The notes below the pieces were generated by a model. That model ran no database searches, was not told the DNA's origin, and saw nothing but the letters and a program-made list of their open reading frames with translations. Below are positions 57,811 to 64,000 of a stretch of 64,000 bases of DNA, one piece after another. Location: positions 26,745 through 90,744 of the forward strand of contig CAVJGK010000001.1 in the NCBI GenBank assembly GCA_963648895.1. Reading direction: 5' to 3'. Made by a program: the position numbers and the translations under genes. The stretch comes from Lachnospiraceae bacterium. GTDB taxonomy: Bacteria; Bacillota_I; Bacilli_A; RFN20; CAG-449. The stretch's first letter is position 1. The number at the start of each line of letters is the position of its first letter.

Positions 57811-58366
57811 TGTTCATAAACTCCTTTGTTCTTAGATTATATAATAATTTTTTTAATTGTACATTTAAATATTTTGAAGACATATTAGCGATATCATTTA
57901 GTGTTTTAATAAATACTTGTTTATCAGCGCCATAATCATGTTTATAGTACTCATAGTCTCTTAGTGAAACATCTCTAATAAAAGCAATTACCTGCTTCTT
58001 ATCATAGGTTCTACTATTAGAATAACAGATAGCGTCTAGCATTATTCCTTCTAGATAAGATTCTCCAGTAAAATAAGATGAAATAAAATAATACAACTTA
58101 TCTTGTTTTTCAGTTTCGTGGATATCTACTAACCAACCTTCCCCTGCATCATTATAATCATCTCTATATCCATCTAGACTTAAAGTATTAAAATTAGATT
58201 GTCTTCTATAAGCATTATATCTAGATAGCATTACGTTTTTTTGTCTTTTTAGCGCCATGTGCATTGCTTTATCTGGACCCTTAGGATCATTATATAAAGA
58301 ACTTTTAGGATCTTCCCAAACTCTTTTATCCAAGGTATATTTCATAGCGTCCATTACTACGTCCAT
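57803..58366 (-). CDS. hypothetical protein
   Basis: 187 aa ORF. Promoter at 58601-58629. Confidence 0.4.
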   Translation of the reverse strand: MDVVMDAMKYTLDKRVWEDPKSSLYNDPKGPDKAMHMALKRQKNVMLSRYNAYRRQSNFNTLSLDGYRDDYNDAGEGWLVDIHETEKQDKLYYFISSYFTGESYLEGIMLDAICYSNSRTYDKKQVIAFIRDVSLRDYEYYKHDYGADKQVFIKTLNDIANMSSKYLNVQLKKLLYNLRTKEFMNND

Positions 58367-58635
58367 ACATTCTTCAAAACTTACATGCCTATTACATTGG
58401 TTATATATTCTTCCAGAATGTCCCCAGAAACGACATACAATCGCTGCTATTCAGTTCTCATATTCTGCGTCATTTTCATGCTCTATACAATTAAAAAAGA
58501 GTTCACTATTGGAAAAGTCTTTCCAGTGAACTGCATCCGCATATTGTCTATAGTGTTGATAATTTAATTCTAACATAAAATTTCTCCTTTTACATTAGAT
58601 ATTATAGCACAACAAAAAGGGGTTGTAAACTAAAT

Positions 58636-60303
58636 TTACATTACCCCTAATAAATATTTTAATTCTTCTGTTTGGTCTGTATCACCATCTACTAGATAAT
58701 CAGACATACCTTTTTTAGTATCAATTAGGTATTGAACTCTTTCATCTATAGTTCCTTTAGCAATTAGATTATAAATAATAACAGGTTTTTCTGCCGATAT
58801 TCTCCAGATTCTGCTAAAACTTTGTTCATAATCCGACCAAGTCCAAGGGGTATCTAAGAATATTGCGTAAGAAGCAGCAGTTAATGTAAATCCCGTACCT
58901 GTTTTTTGTGCAGTACCTAATAATATAGGATAATTAGGATCATTTTGAAATAGATCCCTATTACGTGCTGCTACCGCATCTGCTAAATCACCTGATGATA
59001 CTAAAGGTTTGTATTCCGCTAACTCTTTTTCTAACTCTCTTAAAGGTTCTTTAAATTGTGAGAAGATGATAACTTTTTCACCTGAGTCTACAATTTCTGC
59101 GACTAAATCTTTTGCTCTTTCTAGCTTACAAGAAATTCCTTGCGTACTTGATAATACAGAAGGACAAGTTGCTGCTTGCCTTAATCTAGTAATTAAACCC
59201 AACATGCTTGTTGTTTTAATATTAACTCTATCTGCTTCTTCAACTACACCATTAGCAATATTTTCATAAAACTTAGCTTGATCATTCTCCATCTCCAGAT
59301 ATTCAGGAATAATTGTTAGCGGTGGAAGTTTAATCATACTCTTAGGTCTTCTTAGCATGAATTCCTGAAGAGTTTCTCTTAAAGTATTCATATTCTTAAA
59401 AGACACTATCTGGTTATGACCAAATTTCTTTTCAAATACACAATAATAATTTTTAAAATTAGTTAGTGTACCTTTCTCTGCCCCTACAAATTTTAAAGGT
59501 AAAAATGAATCTAACGGGTTATTAATTAATAATGTACCAGTTAATCCCCAATGATAAGAACCAACCTTAGCTAATTTTAGTAAGTTCTTACCACGTTGAG
59601 AAGTAACAGATTTACATTTATGAACTTCGTCTACACAAATGATATCAAACTTATTTTGAGATTCTCTTATTGCATCAACAACTAAATCACTTGTTAACAT
59701 TTCTACATTCATGATAACAAAAAATTCTTTAATTGGTTGATATAATTGCTCTGCTCTTTCCGCTATTGAAGCATATTTAACAGTACCTTTTGAATTAACT
59801 TGCTTACCGATAACGACACAATCTAAATCTGAGTGTTTCTTTATTTCATTTTCCCAGTTCGCTTTTAGTGAATTAATTCCGCAAATAATCAAGCAATGTT
59901 CCATATTTAGTTGTGCCTTTAGTTCTTCTGCGGCATAAGTAGTCATTAAAGTCTTTCCAAGCCCCGGTGGATCGCCTAAGATACCACTAGGATGATTTAT
60001 TAACCACGATATTCCATCTTTTTGATAATCGAATGGTTTTGTTTTATACTCTAGAGAACTTTCCAATAGGGTACCTTTATTTGCGTCTAGGAACGACATT
60101 TGAATATCATCTAGATAAGTTAATTTATCTACTAAATTAGCTAATTCTCCAAGAGGTAATTCCCACACTAAGTCTTTCTTATGCCAAATAGCATTTCCAG
60201 TATCTTTAACTGCGGTAACTATTAATGGATTATAATCAAAAGAAACAAATAAAGAAGTTTTTCCTATACTTTTCTTAGCAATATCTTCTTTAATAGTAAT
60301 CAT
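58636..60303 (-). CDS. SNF2/Rad54-family helicase
   Basis: GLGKTLMTT (motif I), VDEVHKCK (DEAH), C-terminal helicase domain with IIFSQF and QKTGTGFTLT. Confidence 0.65.
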   Translation of the reverse strand: MITIKEDIAKKSIGKTSLFVSFDYNPLIVTAVKDTGNAIWHKKDLVWELPLGELANLVDKLTYLDDIQMSFLDANKGTLLESSLEYKTKPFDYQKDGISWLINHPSGILGDPPGLGKTLMTTYAAEELKAQLNMEHCLIICGINSLKANWENEIKKHSDLDCVVIGKQVNSKGTVKYASIAERAEQLYQPIKEFFVIMNVEMLTSDLVVDAIRESQNKFDIICVDEVHKCKSVTSQRGKNLLKLAKVGSYHWGLTGTLLINNPLDSFLPLKFVGAEKGTLTNFKNYYCVFEKKFGHNQIVSFKNMNTLRETLQEFMLRRPKSMIKLPPLTIIPEYLEMENDQAKFYENIANGVVEEADRVNIKTTSMLGLITRLRQAATCPSVLSSTQGISCKLERAKDLVAEIVDSGEKVIIFSQFKEPLRELEKELAEYKPLVSSGDLADAVAARNRDLFQNDPNYPILLGTAQKTGTGFTLTAASYAIFLDTPWTWSDYEQSFSRIWRISAEKPVIIYNLIAKGTIDERVQYLIDTKKGMSDYLVDGDTDQTEELKYLLGVM

Positions 60304-60617
60304 TAGAATAACTCTTCTTCATTTAATTTAATCTTTTCAGGTTTATTTATCTTAGAAACATATTCTTCTTCAAAAGTATCTTTAGCTTCTTCTACTTTAA
60401 ATGATAATTTTGCTTCAATCTTTAATTTAGTTCCACAGTTATCGCAAGTATAGATTTCTTCTAAATCTGGGTCAGTACCATCATAAAACTCAATTTGTCC
60501 ATCAACTGTTTTAAAAATTTCTTTTTGTTTACCAAAAAATGATTCTGGCATAAATATTTCTGATAATAAGTATTGCTGACCGCATTTAGGACAACAAATA
60601 ATTGGTAAATCTTTCAT
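60303..60617 (-). CDS. zinc-ribbon protein
   Basis: CCPKCGQQ...CDNCGTKL in 104 aa. Confidence 0.4.
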   Translation of the reverse strand: MKDLPIICCPKCGQQYLLSEIFMPESFFGKQKEIFKTVDGQIEFYDGTDPDLEEIYTCDNCGTKLKIEAKLSFKVEEAKDTFEEEYVSKINKPEKIKLNEEELF

Positions 60618-60668
60618 TATTAAACTCCTTCATAATTATAATAACATACTCTATTTTATTTGTAAACT

Positions 60669-60696
60669 AAAAAAGAGAACCTTTTACAGTTCTCTT
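60669..60696 (-). terminator. rho-independent terminator overlapping an early promoter
   Basis: AGAGAACC-(7 nt)-GGTTCTCT plus T6 on the coding strand. A TTTACA-N17-TATTAT promoter follows at 60638-60666. Confidence 0.55.
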
Positions 60697-60697
60697 A

Positions 60698-62914
60698 TTA
60701 AATTTCATGCTTCCAACCAGATGATGTTTTTACCCACACATCAGTAACACGCTTCCAACCCGCATCCACTTTAATATATGCTGATTGAATGTCTACCCAT
60801 GCAGGGACATCTGTAGAAGATTTTTGTATTTTTATTTTCTTACCTGTTTTTACCCAAACACCATAATACTTAGGAATATTATCTTTGTTATCCCAAGGCA
60901 AATAGCGCTCTTTATCAGTAATAGAAACAGTATAAGAAGGAATTAAATTATTAGTAACACTTGCTTCAATATCATCTATTGACTCGTATACACCATAAGT
61001 ATTCCAGAAATCATTTGGTAATTGGGAAGTCCAACCTACGAATGAATGATCTTCCCATACTGGCGCATTCATTTTCCAAACAGAACTACTGGTAATCATT
61101 GAAGCGTCATACCACTGTCTGTCTGGATTTTTCCAAACACCATTATAATAAATAAAATCTACATAGTGCGGAACTTCTGACCAAGAAGCAACTAATTCAT
61201 ACTTAGTTTGTCCAGTAGCATAGAATGCATCATCTAAAGTTGCGCCTGGCGCATATGATAATCCATTGATTGTCCATGCTTTAAATAATCTACTATTATC
61301 ATTATAAGTAGGAGTTATAGTAGGCAAAGTTGCTGCAGTGCCATAAGTCTTACTAATAGAATCTATCTTAGTTGGTGTTATTGCACTTGATGTTGCATTT
61401 AAATTAAATGAAACTGTGTATGTAACAGGTGCCCATATCGCAATTAAAGTAGAATCTGCTTTAAACTTAGTCGTTGATGTAACCTTTATTCCATTATATT
61501 GCCATTCTTTAAATGTATAACCTGTTCTTGTAGGTGTTGGTAAGGTTCCTATCGCAGTTTCTGTTATTGAGCTTCCACTTTGTGCCCATTGAGCAATAAA
61601 TGAACCTGGTCTAACTACCCCGCTTCCACCAATTTGAACACCAGTATCTCCCCCAGAAGTGGTGTACCAATTACTTTTTGCAGTATAAGACGTTTTAGAA
61701 TTACAAGAAATAATTGAGTCCGAACAAGCAGAACCTCCATCACTATTATAATGAATAGTAACATTTGTTTTACCTGAAACATCATAAGTTAATTTATATA
61801 AACTTGGTCAAGAGGTGGAATTATTTTCTAGAACATTACTAATTTCCGCCTTAGTTGGTCTTGTTTGATCTGTGCCAGCACTAAATGTCATAATTGGATA
61901 CCATTTAGCATATAAGGTCATATTAGAATCAGTAGAAACAGAAGTAACTTTTGTTCCGTCCTCTTTATACCAACCAGCAAATTTATAACCATCTCTTGTT
62001 GGTGTTGGAAAACCTGAAAAAGATGCTTTAGATGTTACATCAGTAGTAGAACCGCCATTAGACCAGTTTGCCCAAACTTCTTGATTTGCAATACTAACTG
62101 TATCTCCTGCATTCTTACCATTATTCCAACCAGTAAAATTATATACAGTTGTAGTTCTAGTACTCGCTGAACCGGTTAAAGAACTTACCGAACTTCCACC
62201 ATTTGAATTAAAATATAAATAAACAGTTTTAGTTCCAGTAGAGGTCTCATTAATTGAAGAACTTGAGACACCTGGGCAAGTTACAGTTTTTCCGGTCCAT
62301 CCTGTGTAAGTTGATGTTCCAGAAACAGAACTTCTAGACGTTTTAAACGTCATTGTCATTTTATTACTGTCTGTAAAAGGTGATATAAGAGAAACTGTTG
62401 GGGTGCCGATTGTCATTGTGCCACTAGATGATGTGACTCCTTTATACATAGTTACATTGCCTGTCCAACTTTCAGTTGTTTTAGCACCTAGGGTAAATGT
62501 GTAAGAGTAGTAGGCATCACCTAGACCTCATTCTTGTTTTAAATCATTATAGCTACGAATACCAATATACCCGGATGTATAGGCATTACCCCCCTCAGAG
62601 GTTCCTCTTCTAAGTGTTATCGACGGTATTACCATTCGCAAGTCATACGCAAACGAGGCGCTACTATTCTTAGCAAGACATATATAGACGGTTACTGTAG
62701 TATTACCCGATCCATCACTTTGTGGGGAACACCTAACAGCTAATTGTGGTTGAATATAGCTGGGATTTGACACTTTTCCTGTTCCACCATACTCTGAAAA
62801 GGAAATGGTACAGTTATTATAAGCGAGGAACTGATCTCCATTAGTGCATGTTCATGATGTACTGCCACCACCATAGACTGATGAGTAATTGCCATTAGGA
62901 TAATAAACTGCCAT
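60698..62914 (-). CDS. receptor-binding/tail-fibre protein with Flg_new-type (Y.F.GW) repeats, containing three in-frame TGA codons
   Basis: AGGAG RBS 8 nt upstream of ATG at 62914. TGA at 62852-62854, 62528-62530 and 61808-61810 join track ORFs 62528-62773, 61808-62449 and 60698-61327 into one 738-codon frame. Repeats GFPTPTRDGYKFAGWYKEDGTKVTS, GTLPTPTRTGYTFKEWQYNGIKVTS and YNFTGWNNGKNAGDTVS. Confidence 0.55.
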
Positions 62915-62925
62915 AGGTTATTCTC

Positions 62926-63741
62926 CTATTCTGCATACTTTAACCATAGGTCACCAACATTTCCATCTGATGCTGTAGGATTTGTAGTACTTGCATACAT
63001 TGCTTGACCACCGGTTAAAATACCATTTTGAATAATCATTGCTTGTGATTTTACAACAGTTCCGCTAGTTTCGCCTTTACTACCGACAGTTGCGCCGCTG
63101 GCAGTTATTTTGCCTGAATCATTTGTATAGACAGGTTGAATAGCAGAACCGACACTTCTTTGTTCTGAATACTTAGGATAATCGCTTCCATCAAATGACA
63201 ATGCGCCATCATTTAATACTAATGGTTTTGAAACTTTTCCGGATAAACTATTTTGTTTACCGTCTAGAATTGTAGAAATAGTATCATCTGTTTCTTTATA
63301 TCTTACAGAGTCTGAAGAGAACTTAGCTTTATTTACTAAGCTTCCACTTGATAATAATTGTAATGAATAAATATTACAACCAGCAACAGAAATAGAAGTA
63401 GCAGACTCTGATAAATTTAAACCAGTAAATAATGATGCAACGTCTAACTCTATAGATCCAGAAGAGCAGTTAACTAAGCAACCAGTTTCTTTTTCTACCG
63501 CTATTGTTGCCCATAAATTATCATATGACTTATCTAAGGTTGCTTCAAAGTAATAACCATGTAAAATAAATTTAATTATGCTATTACTATAACTTAATGT
63601 ATACCCATCAGTTGTGCCTTTGTAGTCAACAAATGAATTAATGATATTGACAAAATTTTTCTCACTTGTGTACTTTCCAGATAGCTCACTTACACGATAA
63701 GTGGAAGGGAATACCTTTACACTATTTGAACTTAAATTCAT
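62926..63741 (-). CDS. tail-fibre/baseplate-associated structural protein
   Basis: 271 aa, S/T/G-rich and beta-rich. Directly upstream of the fibre gene. Confidence 0.45.
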   Translation of the reverse strand: MNLSSNSVKVFPSTYRVSELSGKYTSEKNFVNIINSFVDYKGTTDGYTLSYSNSIIKFILHGYYFEATLDKSYDNLWATIAVEKETGCLVNCSSGSIELDVASLFTGLNLSESATSISVAGCNIYSLQLLSSGSLVNKAKFSSDSVRYKETDDTISTILDGKQNSLSGKVSKPLVLNDGALSFDGSDYPKYSEQRSVGSAIQPVYTNDSGKITASGATVGSKGETSGTVVKSQAMIIQNGILTGGQAMYASTTNPTASDGNVGDLWLKYAE

Positions 63742-63762
63742 TTATTAAATCCTCCTAAAAAG

Positions 63763-64000
63763 CAATTCTTAAATTCCAACCAACACTTAAATTTGAATTT
63801 TGTACTAATTGGATTGGATCATTATGACAATCAACTTCCGCATAAAGTGTTTTGTCTTCATCTGCACTATATAATCTAAACCCATCGATTTGTTGTTTAC
63901 CTGATAAAACAATTGCAGGTATTAGAAATGTTAATGTATAATCTGCACCAGTTGAATCTTTATTTGTTTCAGATAAACCAGTATATAGAATACCATAACT
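63763..64000 (-). CDS. partial structural protein (C-terminal part; continues beyond the window)
   Basis: Open frame ...SVGWNLRIAF ends at a TAG at about 63763, with no start inside the window. Confidence 0.35.

Noticed and set aside
670-59269. All plus-strand ORFs in the track (670-870, 2201-2458, 12940-13125, 14373-14618, 15452-15661, 20349-20561, 22740-23338, 24462-24650, 28115-28381, 31882-32106, 36065-36280, 37265-37483, 44697-44894, 45265-45519, 47346-47567, 57254-57463, 58257-58567, 59009-59269)
   Set aside because: Each lies antisense to a longer, better-supported minus-strand gene. They have no RBS or promoter context and are typical shadow ORFs of an AT-rich genome.
1-64000. CRISPR arrays, integrase/attachment sites, transposases
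   Set aside because: There are no direct-repeat/spacer arrays. No tyrosine or serine recombinase or transposase motifs were seen. The only mobile elements are homing-endonuclease genes.

Overview
This 64 kb window is AT-rich (about 30% GC) and every gene I can support lies on the minus strand. It reads as the early/replication region of a large virulent phage of the Firmicute type (SPO1-like/Herelleviridae-like in organisation), with tail-fibre-like genes at both ends.

Identifiable content, going from high to low coordinates:
- Receptor-binding/tail-fibre-like genes, an SNF2 helicase, a replisome-organizer gene carrying internal iterons, a DnaC-like loader, a DnaB-like helicase, a DnaG-like primase and a gp32-like SSB.
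- A family-A DNA polymerase split into three coding segments by two HNH-endonuclease-bearing intervening sequences.
- An XRE-type regulator, ThyX, dUTPase, a sliding-clamp candidate, clamp-loader subunits, FolD, an HD hydrolase, a Cas4/RecB-like nuclease and SbcCD.
- An anaerobic RNR NrdD split by an HNH-containing intervening sequence, additional homing-endonuclease-like genes, and an Rnl2-like ligase.
- An array of about 18 small diverged paralogs sharing an L(H/R)xLGF motif.
- A cluster of six tRNAs followed by structured non-coding RNA.

The main finding is stop-codon recoding. At least 15 in-frame TGA codons occur in 11 genes (tail-fibre genes, homing endonucleases, family paralogs). Conserved protein sequence continues downstream of each. 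The tRNA cluster encodes a class-II tRNA with anticodon UCA, i.e. a predicted TGA suppressor. Core replication genes avoid TGA and terminate with TAA/TAG, so the six-frame track (standard code) artificially fragments the recoded genes.

Other notable features:
- About 25 copies of an early promoter AGTTTAC(A/T)-N17-TATAAT, often fused to rho-independent terminator hairpins.
- A G9 homopolymer in a fibre-tip gene.
- An A8 slippery tract that frameshifts one paralog.
- Four inverted-repeat iterons inside the replisome-organizer gene.
- Hint-like peptide tails on the two polymerase segments that precede the HNH insertions.
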